In this document: one piece after another, positions 1 to 8,529 of the stretch
How the letters are laid out: each line of letters starts with the position of its first letter
Position numbering within the stretch: position 1 is the first letter of the stretch
NCBI GenBank assembly: GCA_963703315.1
Contig: OY969811.1
Span: 1,920,001-1,984,000 of the forward strand
Origin: an uncultured cyanobacterium
Lineage (GTDB): Bacteria; Cyanobacteriota; Cyanobacteriia; Pseudanabaenales; Pseudanabaenaceae
Direction of reading: 5' to 3'
Length of the DNA: 64,000 bases
Position numbers and translations under genes: made by a program
Notes under the pieces: model-generated
Seen by the model: the letters and a program-made list of their open reading frames with translations, nothing else
The model's database searches: none
What the model was told of the DNA's origin: nothing

Positions 1-853
1 GAATAGCATCGCCATCATCCTCTAGCAATTCCAACTTGACCCAGTTTTTACCTTTCTTAAAGCCCTTTAGGTAAATCGGCTCCCAGCGATCGAAGGTAAA
101 GCTTTGACCATCAATAGTTGCGCGAACTTGCCAATCCTCAATCACCGCATCATCTTTGCCAAGTACATGGGGTGGTGTATTTTGCAGATAAAAATCAAGC
201 AAGATTGGCTCCGCGCCATAGGTTCCCACAGGACGGCTATAGGTAAGCAAAGGTGTTTTGGCTTCGGGCATATTTTCGCCAGTTTTGGTCAAAACATGGA
301 AAGTGACCTGTGCGTAGGCTCCTTTGTTTTTGAAACTTTCATGCCAAGGACGAGACGCAAAGGCACGAATTGTATGGGTTCCTGCGCTAAGGTGATCAAA
401 AGTTGTAGCTTCCTTAAGATCATACAAACCTTTGTATTCTTGGTTATCCAAGGTCACATGGATATGAGGACCTAAACCAAAATCAGCATTTTTGAAAATT
501 GGTAAATTCTTGACATCAAACTTGACTGCCACTTGCGTATCATTTAGCACCTCATCAGGTTTAGGGCTAATAATGCTGACCTGTGGCTCGTAGCGATCAA
601 GGAGGCGGCTGAGGCGTTGAATTTCCTTAGGTGGTGAAACTTCGACAATATTGACAGTTTCAACTTTGGGGTTTGAAGTAGTGGCTTTACTAACAGTCTT
701 ACTATCATCACCACAAGCTGTAAGGTAAAAGCACAAGGCGATCGCCATTACCAAACTAGATAACTTTTTCCAAGGGATATTTCGACAATAAGCTTGAACT
801 CGCGAAGTCTTTGGCTTGTCTTCGGGTTGGTTAGAGTTTGCGATCGCGCTCAT
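1..853 (-). CDS. Conserved cyanobacterial hypothetical lipoprotein (partial, runs off left edge)
   Basis: Not in ORF track. Manual translation from ATG at 853 is open to position 1: lipobox-like LTACG, then GPHIHVTLDNQ, FASRPWHESFKN, PLLTYSRPVGTYGAEPILLDFYL. Confidence 0.8.
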   Translation of the reverse strand, partial: MSAIANSNQPEDKPKTSRVQAYCRNIPWKKLSSLVMAIALCFYLTACGDDSKTVSKATTSNPKVETVNIVEVSPPKEIQRLSRLLDRYEPQVSIISPKPDEVLNDTQVAVKFDVKNLPIFKNADFGLGPHIHVTLDNQEYKGLYDLKEATTFDHLSAGTHTIRAFASRPWHESFKNKGAYAQVTFHVLTKTGENMPEAKTPLLTYSRPVGTYGAEPILLDFYLQNTPPHVLGKDDAVIEDWQVRATIDGQSFTFDRWEPIYLKGFKKGKNWVKLELLEDDGDAI

Positions 854-1041
854 AAAAACTATGCTCAACTCACATTACACAGGCAAATATACCGAAAAAT
901 GACCGCGTTGCTCATAAAGAAAGTACACAATTTTATGGCAATCTATGAAAACGCACCTGTAGAAAGCTTTTTCATAAATTGATCTATGCTAAAAGTTGTG
1001 TCTTTTCAAATATTTTTAAATATCTAGAGTTGTTTGTGCCA

Positions 1042-1917
1042 ATGCAAGTACGCCGTCAATCTGAATTTGCTCGTCATAAAGGCTATGCGATCGCCGCCCT
1101 CACTGATGCGCCCCAAAATATTTTAGAAACAATTGTCTGGTATAAGGAGCGTGAAGTTGCCCAGATGTACGCCAACGACTCACTAGATGCATTGAAGTCA
1201 AAACTGGCAAATGTCCAGCCGCCCAAAGATTTTTATGGTAGTTTGCAAAATTCTCGCACCAAACCTGCGCTGATCGCTGAAGTCAAAAAAGCCTCGCCTA
1301 GCAAAGGTGTATTTCGTGAAGATTTTGATCCTGTAGCGATCGCTAAGTCCTACGAAATTGGCGGCGCGAGTTGCCTCTCAGTATTGACGGACTCAGAATT
1401 TTTTCAAGGCGGCTTTGAAAATCTGCAACTAGTGCGCCAAGTCGTTGATTTACCCTTAATTTGTAAAGAATTTATTATTGACCCCTATCAAATCTATCTG
1501 GGGCGATCGCACGGTGCTGATGCAGTTTTATTGATTGCGGCGATTCTCACTGATGCGGAGTTAAGCGAATTCCAAGCCTTGATTCATCAATTAGGGATGA
1601 CGGCTCTAGTGGAAGTGCATACACAAGAGGAATTAGATCGAGTTTTACAAATTCCTGATGTACGTTTAATCGGCATTAATAACCGCAATTTAGAAAATTT
1701 CGTAGTAGAACTTGAACAGACTAAAGTTTTAATGGATAAGCTAGATCCAGCCATTAGAAATAAATATCTCTGGGTCAGTGAATCTGGTATTTACACCCGT
1801 CAAGATTTAGATTTTGTGCAAAATTGTGGTGCAAGTGCGGTATTGGTAGGCGAGTCTTTAATTAAGCAAGCAAATATTGAAGAAGCCGTTAAGAATTTGC
1901 TCCTTCCTTCCCAGTGA
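1042..1917 (+). CDS. trpC: Indole-3-glycerol-phosphate synthase
   Basis: LIAEVKKASPSKG, SVLTD..FFQG, GINNRNL, VSESGI motifs; ATG at 1042 preferred over TTG at 979. Confidence 0.96.
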   Translation: MQVRRQSEFARHKGYAIAALTDAPQNILETIVWYKEREVAQMYANDSLDALKSKLANVQPPKDFYGSLQNSRTKPALIAEVKKASPSKGVFREDFDPVAIAKSYEIGGASCLSVLTDSEFFQGGFENLQLVRQVVDLPLICKEFIIDPYQIYLGRSHGADAVLLIAAILTDAELSEFQALIHQLGMTALVEVHTQEELDRVLQIPDVRLIGINNRNLENFVVELEQTKVLMDKLDPAIRNKYLWVSESGIYTRQDLDFVQNCGASAVLVGESLIKQANIEEAVKNLLLPSQ

Positions 1918-1921
1918 ATAA

Positions 1922-1994
1922 TTAGTGGTGTGCGGCTAAGCCGCACACCACTAAACCCTTTTTTAAGGGTGCGGCTTAGCCGCACCCTTAAAAA
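1922..1994. repeat. Two tandem palindromes with GTGCGGCT(A/T)AGCCGCAC core; likely bidirectional terminator/REP-like
   Basis: TTAGTGGTGTGCGGCTAAGCCGCACACCACTAA and TTTTAAGGGTGCGGCTTAGCCGCACCCTTAAAA between convergent genes. Confidence 0.75.
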
Positions 1995-1995
1995 C

Positions 1996-2139
1996 TTAGC
2001 GTAAGCGCATAATCTCATTGACCCAACGGAGGCGTTCGGCATGGGTGAGGTTGAAAATATCTTCCCTTGACCAATGGAAGTAAAAAGCAATGAAGGCTAC
2101 CTCTTCATACAACCGATCCGAGGGGTAGCCTATGATTCC
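1996..2139 (-). CDS. DUF6760-like (gpT/GpE-like) tail-assembly-chaperone C-terminal segment, probably reached by -1 frameshift
   Basis: Manual translation GIIGYPSDRLYEEVAFIAFYFHWSREDIFNLTHAERLRWVNEIMRLR*; overlaps the end of the upstream ORF in the -1 frame at GGGGGAA; no ATG/GTG start. Confidence 0.8.
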   Translation of the reverse strand, partial: GIIGYPSDRLYEEVAFIAFYFHWSREDIFNLTHAERLRWVNEIMRLR

Positions 2140-2432
2140 CCCAATGTAGTTACATTATGAGGCTGTAATTGACTAAATAAGTCTTGTAAATACAGAAAAT
2201 CAGGCAAAAATAACTGCTCTAGATATTCTGGTGTAACTTTGGTTAAGTTTCCTAATTTGGCGATCGCCTGAGCTAGTAATAAAAATACAAGATCGGTATG
2301 AGGATGGAGAGGAGATAAATCCTGCACAATCAATTCATCTTTAGCCGTTAACAGTTTCATCTTGCCCTGATCATGTAATTCACCATTAACGATGAATCCT
2401 TTTGGTAATCTAAACTCAAATTCTTTGTTCAT
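2130..2432 (-). CDS. Phage-tail/contractile injection system tail assembly chaperone (gpG-like)
   Basis: EFEFRLPKG..LH..G.M.L.TAKDE..A..I..LG.L..VT....E.LF..DF.YLQD pattern resembling CIS-associated chaperones. Confidence 0.75.
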   Translation of the reverse strand: MNKEFEFRLPKGFIVNGELHDQGKMKLLTAKDELIVQDLSPLHPHTDLVFLLLAQAIAKLGNLTKVTPEYLEQLFLPDFLYLQDLFSQLQPHNVTTLGES

Positions 2433-2467
2433 AATTAACAGAAGTAGCGTACTGATAATGTAACGTG

Positions 2468-2585
2468 CGAAGTTGCTAAGACCCTCACCCCTAGCCCCTC
2501 TCCCAAAAAGGGAGAGGGGAACAAGAAAAACATCTTACTCCCCTTCTCCCTTTCTGGGAGAAGGGGGTGGGGGATGAGGGCAGTT
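2468..2585 (+). repeat. Cyanobacterial REP-like element (CCCTCACCCC..CCCCTCTCCC..GGGAGAGGGG doublet), copy 1
   Basis: Near-identical inverted copy at ~53590-53703. Confidence 0.85.
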
Positions 2586-2595
2586 TTTAATTTCG

Positions 2596-2635
2596 TAAAC
2601 CATTGATAATGTAACGTTACATTATCAATGGTTTA
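2596..2635. repeat. Perfect 40-bp spacerless palindrome
   Basis: TAAACCATTGATAATGTAAC|GTTACATTATCAATGGTTTA; includes the stop codon of the upstream ORF. Confidence 0.9.
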
Positions 2636-5557
2636 TTTTTGACTTGGTGGAACTTCTGATGGTGAGAGTGTCCCCCCCGATCGCTGATTGGCTGAATTAG
2701 GAATTAATGGAGAATCGATCGCAGGTACTTCAGGAGGCAAGACAATCGGTGGGGTTTCCTCTGACTTAGGCGCAGGGGGCGGCGCGATCGTTTGGACAAT
2801 AAAAGAACGCATCACAATTTGACCATCGGGATTTGTAACTTGCAGCGTATAGGTTACTTCTGCGGATTTAGGACTGAGAGGAATAGCTAGTTGACCAACG
2901 GCGGCAATATTACCAGGGGCAGGAAGTAAATCAATTTTTGCTGCTGCGGAAGCTTCCACTTTCCAAGCTAGAGTCAAAATTGTGGGTATGTCTGGATTGA
3001 GATTGAAGGAATATTGCGGTAAGGCATCTTGTCCATTGACCTTGAGTTCGAGAATCTTGGCAGGATAAGGAGCAATTTTCGTGATCTCGGTTTTTCGGGT
3101 TACAGGAACCGCTTTAGGATCGGTGGGAGGTTTACTCGGTACGATCGCTAATTCAAAAATGTAATTGCCCGATGCCTTCGCTTCCGTAGGGACATTTTTG
3201 CAGATCAGTTCATCGTTAGTGCTTGTGCAGTAGGGGCGCAGCGATCGCGGTAAATCTTCGGTGATTAGATAGCGCAGAGGCGGACTCTTTACTTCTCCTT
3301 CAGGCGATCGCCCCACTAGAGTTAATTCTTTAACTTGACTTAGATTTGAGATGCGCCAGTTTAGCCTTACTTCATTATCTAGATCGGGCTTTGGTTGGGC
3401 TATACCTAACTTCACTGCACCTTTCGCAATACCCACCGATGTGAAAAATACTTGTTTGTCTAAGGCGAACTCATCGGTTCTATTAGTAGCATTAGTCGTA
3501 GTACTAGTCGGTGCTGAAGCAGGAGTATTATTATTCGCATTGCTGGGATTGTTTGCGTCAGAGGATGCAGGAGAATTTTCTGAGGGCTTTGCTTGGGTAG
3601 TGGCAGTTACCACCGTAGGTAAAACTGGCTTGGATTCTGTATATAGAGGTTTGGTCGATGCTAGTTCTAAAATCTGGGCTTGTGGCACAGGTTCCACAAG
3701 AATTTTTGTAGTTTTGAGCGGTGGGATTTTGCCAGTTTTAGGATTGTTAGAGGCTAAGTTCATCTGAAAAGTATACTGACTGGGCTTACGCGCATCAGTT
3801 GGTACATTTTGACATAGCAACTCGCGATCAATTACACAATATTCCTTCAATTCCGATGGAATGCCCTTGCTAAAGTTATATACAACAGGCTGACTGAGAA
3901 CTTTGTCATCATCAGATAGTCCTTCTACGCGAATTTCGCGCACTAGTTCAGGATTGCTAATCCGCCAGCGTAAACGGATGGCTTCGTTAGAAACTTCTTT
4001 ATAGGTCGATGATTCAGAAGTGAATTCCACTACTTGCGGCACATCGGGCGGACGGAAAAAGAACCACCAAATCAAAAAGATGATAAGACCAATTAATCCC
4101 AAAATGCCGATCAGAACTAAAACAAACTGCCACCAAGGACGAGCAGGCATGAGCAAGTTACCGATGTAGCGATCGTTGGGAATTACGATCCCCTGCTTAT
4201 CTTCCACTTCGACAATAAAGTTCAGATAGCGATCGCTTAAAAACCGAGGCTTACATTTTTTCGTGGTCTGAACTTCTATATTTGTCCTTGCCGTTCCATA
4301 GGGAGCAATTTTAATTTCTTCAGTAGTCAAGGTATAGAGCAACATTCCATCTTGTTCAGAGCTACTAGCTCTAAGAACTAATTCGCGGGCGATATTGCCA
4401 TGACTTTTAAAACGCATTTCATACAGAGAAGGCTGATTCTCCACCCGCGTTAGTAATGTCACTAACTGAATATCAAGCTGATATGTGGGCAAAATCTCAA
4501 AGTAAGCAATATCTAGTAATGCTAAATCTGGATTATTAGCGGAATGGACGCGAATTGTTGGAGCATAAATTCCTGCCCACACATCTAAGGGAGGCTTAAA
4601 AATCAGTGTAATCTGTCCTTGGGTATTAGGGTTAAGTGGTAAACCTTCGGCAGCTTCCACAACTCCTACTAGGGCTAAGCCTTCAGGATAGTAAATTGAG
4701 AACCATTTAGGATCTAGATCAGGTATAGTTACCCGAAAACGATCAACCCGTTCGGAGCGGTTGCTCACTAAGATGAGAAGCTGCCAAATTTCACCCGATC
4801 GCATTTGATGGGGATTACTTGAAGAACTGCGCGGTTGGGTAATAAAAGTAGGATCATTAACCCTAATTACTTCTTGAATCGATGGCAGGACAATTACGCG
4901 ACCTTTGTATTGAATCGGCGTATGTTCTGGATAATGCTGAGGTGCATCGATAATTAAGGTGTAATTATATTCATCAGCAGGGGTAGTCGGCGGTACTTGA
5001 ATCAGAAATACAACTTCGCAACTCTGCCCAATGCTTAGGGCTAAACTCTCTGATGGCAGCGCACACCAAGGATAAATTGAGCTAGAGTCTTGATCGAGCG
5101 CGACACTAATCACCGCACTGCGATCGCCCTGATTGGTAACGGTGACGCATAATTCAAAACTTTCGCCTGTAGCGATCGAGACTGTACTCGATGGGTTCAG
5201 GATGATCGATAGGGGTCGTAGTGATACCGATGCCGATGACGCATCAAAATTTTTGGGGCTTTGTTGACGGCGAAAGTCGATCGCATAGTAGGTCATATCC
5301 TGAATTTGCCGTACTTCCACAAATCCTTGAGCAATTAAATACTCAACCTCAAGCAGTGTCTCTTCTAATTCGGCTTCAAGGTGGATCGCGATCGCTTCTA
5401 GAGTTGCGTTCCGTTGACGCATAATCCAATTCATAATCTGCTGTTGTCGAGTGGATAGGGTCAAGATATCCACTTCACTCAATCCTGTATTCTGCTCTAT
5501 ACTCGGCTGTATATTACCATCAGCATTATTAGCAAATATGGTTCGGTCACTCCTCAT
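2633..5557 (-). CDS. Large bitopic membrane protein: N-terminal wHTH-like region, Ig-like (COG1470-type) domains, TM helix, duplicated Cys-pair domains; probably CIS-associated
   Basis: 974 aa; TM WWQFVLVLIGILGLIGLIIFLIWWFFF; internal duplication IRLRWRISN..YC...LLCQNVPT / VRLNWRISN..YC...LICKNVPT; directly upstream of tail chaperone. Confidence 0.65.
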   Translation of the reverse strand: MRSDRTIFANNADGNIQPSIEQNTGLSEVDILTLSTRQQQIMNWIMRQRNATLEAIAIHLEAELEETLLEVEYLIAQGFVEVRQIQDMTYYAIDFRRQQSPKNFDASSASVSLRPLSIILNPSSTVSIATGESFELCVTVTNQGDRSAVISVALDQDSSSIYPWCALPSESLALSIGQSCEVVFLIQVPPTTPADEYNYTLIIDAPQHYPEHTPIQYKGRVIVLPSIQEVIRVNDPTFITQPRSSSSNPHQMRSGEIWQLLILVSNRSERVDRFRVTIPDLDPKWFSIYYPEGLALVGVVEAAEGLPLNPNTQGQITLIFKPPLDVWAGIYAPTIRVHSANNPDLALLDIAYFEILPTYQLDIQLVTLLTRVENQPSLYEMRFKSHGNIARELVLRASSSEQDGMLLYTLTTEEIKIAPYGTARTNIEVQTTKKCKPRFLSDRYLNFIVEVEDKQGIVIPNDRYIGNLLMPARPWWQFVLVLIGILGLIGLIIFLIWWFFFRPPDVPQVVEFTSESSTYKEVSNEAIRLRWRISNPELVREIRVEGLSDDDKVLSQPVVYNFSKGIPSELKEYCVIDRELLCQNVPTDARKPSQYTFQMNLASNNPKTGKIPPLKTTKILVEPVPQAQILELASTKPLYTESKPVLPTVVTATTQAKPSENSPASSDANNPSNANNNTPASAPTSTTTNATNRTDEFALDKQVFFTSVGIAKGAVKLGIAQPKPDLDNEVRLNWRISNLSQVKELTLVGRSPEGEVKSPPLRYLITEDLPRSLRPYCTSTNDELICKNVPTEAKASGNYIFELAIVPSKPPTDPKAVPVTRKTEITKIAPYPAKILELKVNGQDALPQYSFNLNPDIPTILTLAWKVEASAAAKIDLLPAPGNIAAVGQLAIPLSPKSAEVTYTLQVTNPDGQIVMRSFIVQTIAPPPAPKSEETPPIVLPPEVPAIDSPLIPNSANQRSGGTLSPSEVPPSQK

Positions 5558-5681
5558 AGGACACAGGATTTCTTACTAGGACAGAATCTATTGTTATTAA
5601 ATATGAGTTGCGGCGCTTCGCACTGCAACTCATATTTAATAATAAGAATACAACTGAACGCTTCAGCAAAAGTTATCATGA

Positions 5682-7070
5682 TTAACTACATTTACCAATT
5701 GTGCCATCAGTCAAGGTTGCACCGCAAAAATTAGCACCTTGCAAAACCGCACCGCGTAGATTTGCACCACTGAGATTTGCTCCTGAGAAATTTGCCCTTT
5801 GCAAATTTGCCCCAACCAGATCCGCGCCACGCAGATCTGACTGACTGAGATTGGCATCCACTAGTCGCGCCCCACGCAAACGCGCTAGCCGTAAATTTGC
5901 ACCTGACAGATCAAACTTAGTTAGGTTGCGATCTTCAGCACCACGATTTACGATTTCCCAAACCACTTTCCATTTGCGATCGATAATTGTCTCTTCATTA
6001 ATGATGCTTTCTCGCAAATTCGCAAGACGGAGATTCGCTCCCTCTAAATTTGCATCTGACAACTGCGCTCCTTTAAAATCAGCTTCCGTCAGATTCGCCT
6101 TGGTGAGATCGGCATAGCGCAAGTTCGCATCATTAAATTTGACCCTTACTAGATTGCTACGTCTGAGATTGGTAATGAACAAATAAGCTTGAGTGAAGTT
6201 CACATCTTCCAAATTCACACCTGCAAGATTTGCCTTCTCAAAATTCCCCCCTGATAAGTCGGCTGCGACTAAAGTTTGCCCTTCAACGCGCTGATTCACA
6301 ATTTTCCAGACGAGAAACCACTTAGGGTCAAAAAAGGTATCACTATCGATTTTGCTCGATCGCAGATCGGTATGAAATAAATTTGCCCCTGCAAAGGTCG
6401 TTCCCTCCAAACTCGCACCTTCTAAATTTGCCCTTGTGAGGTTGACTTCACTAAAATTTGCTCGGCGCAGATTGGCACGTTTGAGCCGAGCATTAGTGAA
6501 ATCAGCTTTTTCCAGTTCGGCGAGTCCTAAATTAGCACTTTCGAGATTTGCACCATCTAGTTTTGCGGCGATGAGTTTGGCAAATTGTAAATCCGCATTT
6601 TTGAGAGAAGCTTGATTGAGAATGGCGCGTTCGAGGTTGGCATACTTCAGATTAGCCCGAAATAAATTTGCGCCTTCGAGTTTTGCTTCCAGTAAATTTG
6701 CATTTAAAAAATCTGCTCCTGATAACAGAGCGAAGCGCAGATCTGCTCCCAACATATTCGATCGCATAAATTTTGCGCCATCTAGTTTCGCCCCACGCAG
6801 ATCGGCTTTGCGAAGGTCGGCATCGCGAATATTTGCGCCGATCAGGTCAGCCCCTGCTAACCTTGCGTCAGGCAAGTCACATTCTGAACATTCCTTAGTT
6901 TTAACTAGCTGATCGATATGACTTTGATTTGCCGCAAAAACTGATGATGCAGAGGCGATCGCCCCTATCAAAAAAATAGCGATCGCCCTCTTGCTAAATA
7001 TTCTGTTACTAGATAATTTGCAGAAATTATTGATGCTCATCTTGATGATTTTACGATAATCAAATGCCAT
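5682..7070 (-). CDS. Pentapeptide repeat protein with N-terminal signal/TM
   Basis: A(D/N)LxxA repeats; C..CDL N-cap; hydrophobic leader. Confidence 0.92.
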   Translation of the reverse strand: MAFDYRKIIKMSINNFCKLSSNRIFSKRAIAIFLIGAIASASSVFAANQSHIDQLVKTKECSECDLPDARLAGADLIGANIRDADLRKADLRGAKLDGAKFMRSNMLGADLRFALLSGADFLNANLLEAKLEGANLFRANLKYANLERAILNQASLKNADLQFAKLIAAKLDGANLESANLGLAELEKADFTNARLKRANLRRANFSEVNLTRANLEGASLEGTTFAGANLFHTDLRSSKIDSDTFFDPKWFLVWKIVNQRVEGQTLVAADLSGGNFEKANLAGVNLEDVNFTQAYLFITNLRRSNLVRVKFNDANLRYADLTKANLTEADFKGAQLSDANLEGANLRLANLRESIINEETIIDRKWKVVWEIVNRGAEDRNLTKFDLSGANLRLARLRGARLVDANLSQSDLRGADLVGANLQRANFSGANLSGANLRGAVLQGANFCGATLTDGTIGKCS

Positions 7071-7116
7071 GACTTATATCAATTCACGAAAGTGTGACAA
7101 CACTTTTGTGAATTAA

Positions 7117-7176
7117 AAACTAAACCCAGTAAGGATTTTAAAACTAAAAACAGCGTAGCTATTTTTAGTTTTGGTA
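7117..7176 (+). repeat. Dispersed intergenic repeat (AAACCCAGTAAGG...hairpin...TTTTGGTA), copy 1
   Basis: Similar inverted copy at 23364-23424. Confidence 0.65.
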
Positions 7177-7252
7177 CTATATATAGCGTTTCACAGTCTA
7201 GCTAAGCAAACGATCTATTTTTCCAGTATCTGTCATCGCTGTTTCTCAAATG

Positions 7253-8356
7253 TTATTCCACAAGTTGTGGAATAAATGGACCACTAATTTTAGGTTTGCC
7301 AACTACTTGAGGTAACAGTTTATCTAACACATACACAATAGGGACTGAAAACAAAATAGATACAATTGTTGCCAAGGCAGATACTAAGGAAATCACAAGT
7401 TCTGTGTGTTGAATATATGGATATATTAGCTTTGTATAAGATTCATTAATCAAGTGATGAAATATACCTGCTGTACCTAAAAGAATTAATGTATTTCTTC
7501 CAGTCCATAAGATTAAACTGTTTTGAGGTGTTAGTCTTGCTAAAAATATTATACATAATGATCCTGCGATTGCCGTAATTGGGAAAATAACTGGATTACC
7601 ATGCTGAGAAAGCGCCATGCTTACGCTGCTATTTAAGTTAATAGTTGCCCAAAATATTACACCAAAAACTATCATTACAAAAAAATTTTTAAACAAGGAA
7701 TTACATTTTTCGATAATCCCAAGATTGTTTAAAATCCTACCAAACTTATAAAATAGATAAGCAACAAAAGCTTCATGTAAGAACCAAAAGTTCAAGCCAA
7801 TTCCCATATTAGACACAAAAAACTTTTCATTACTTACTAAAATAATTCCAATTATATAGGATGTAAGTGCGTTAAGTATAAACCACCAATTCAAATTTGA
7901 GCTAGTAGTTTTTATATTGTTTATTACATATTTGTTAACTAGATAGTCGATGATTTCAACTGTAAAGAGGCAGACTAGAAACCAAGTCATAAAGTTAAAT
8001 ACTGGATAAGCTCTTAATATACTAACAATTCCAGATATATACAAAGGTAATCGAATTACTCGATTAGTTAAATCGCTATAAATCTGTAAAGGCAAAGAAA
8101 TAAAAAAATTAAAAAAGATAAAAGGTAAAATTCTTGTAGACAAACGTTGTTTTAGATTTAGTGAAAAGTTTTTTGAAAAATAGCCTGAAACAATGAAAAA
8201 TAATGGTATATGAAACCCATAAATAATTTTATGCTGGTATGACATAGAACTAATTCCCAATATCTCAAATTTTTCAATTATATGTCCATAAAAGACTAAG
8301 ATTATGCCATATGCTTTTGCAGTATCTAGCCAAAAAATTCTTTTACAATCCAACAT
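7253..8356 (-). CDS. Acyltransferase family 3 (polysaccharide O-acetyltransferase-like)
   Basis: RIFWLDTAKAYGIILVFYGH, FHIPLFFIVSGY, WFLVCLF motifs; multi-TM; AT-rich. Confidence 0.88.
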   Translation of the reverse strand: MLDCKRIFWLDTAKAYGIILVFYGHIIEKFEILGISSMSYQHKIIYGFHIPLFFIVSGYFSKNFSLNLKQRLSTRILPFIFFNFFISLPLQIYSDLTNRVIRLPLYISGIVSILRAYPVFNFMTWFLVCLFTVEIIDYLVNKYVINNIKTTSSNLNWWFILNALTSYIIGIILVSNEKFFVSNMGIGLNFWFLHEAFVAYLFYKFGRILNNLGIIEKCNSLFKNFFVMIVFGVIFWATINLNSSVSMALSQHGNPVIFPITAIAGSLCIIFLARLTPQNSLILWTGRNTLILLGTAGIFHHLINESYTKLIYPYIQHTELVISLVSALATIVSILFSVPIVYVLDKLLPQVVGKPKISGPFIPQLVE

Positions 8357-8529
8357 TTTATCTAACTCTTTCTTAATTCAATACTTCGGACAAAATTAGG
8401 AGGTAATAGCACCCTTAAGAGCAAAGGATAGGGTGATTAGGATAAGAGTAATCAAATGAGAATCCAAGTCTAACAGGAAAATCTCAGTGGCATAAAAAGA
8501 GAGTTGCGGTGCAACTCTCTTTTTATGGT

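Noticed and set aside
104..475. 123-aa plus-strand ORF in the track
   Set aside because: Shadow of the minus-strand lipoprotein gene 1-853
1800..2090. 96-aa minus-strand ORF with RVRLSRT duplication
   Set aside because: Reads through two palindromes and antisense trpC; the DUF6760-like frame is the credible one
1996..5557. Prophage remnant
   Set aside because: No capsid, terminase, integrase or tape-measure genes; host-like HIP1 content; CIS-type explanation fits better
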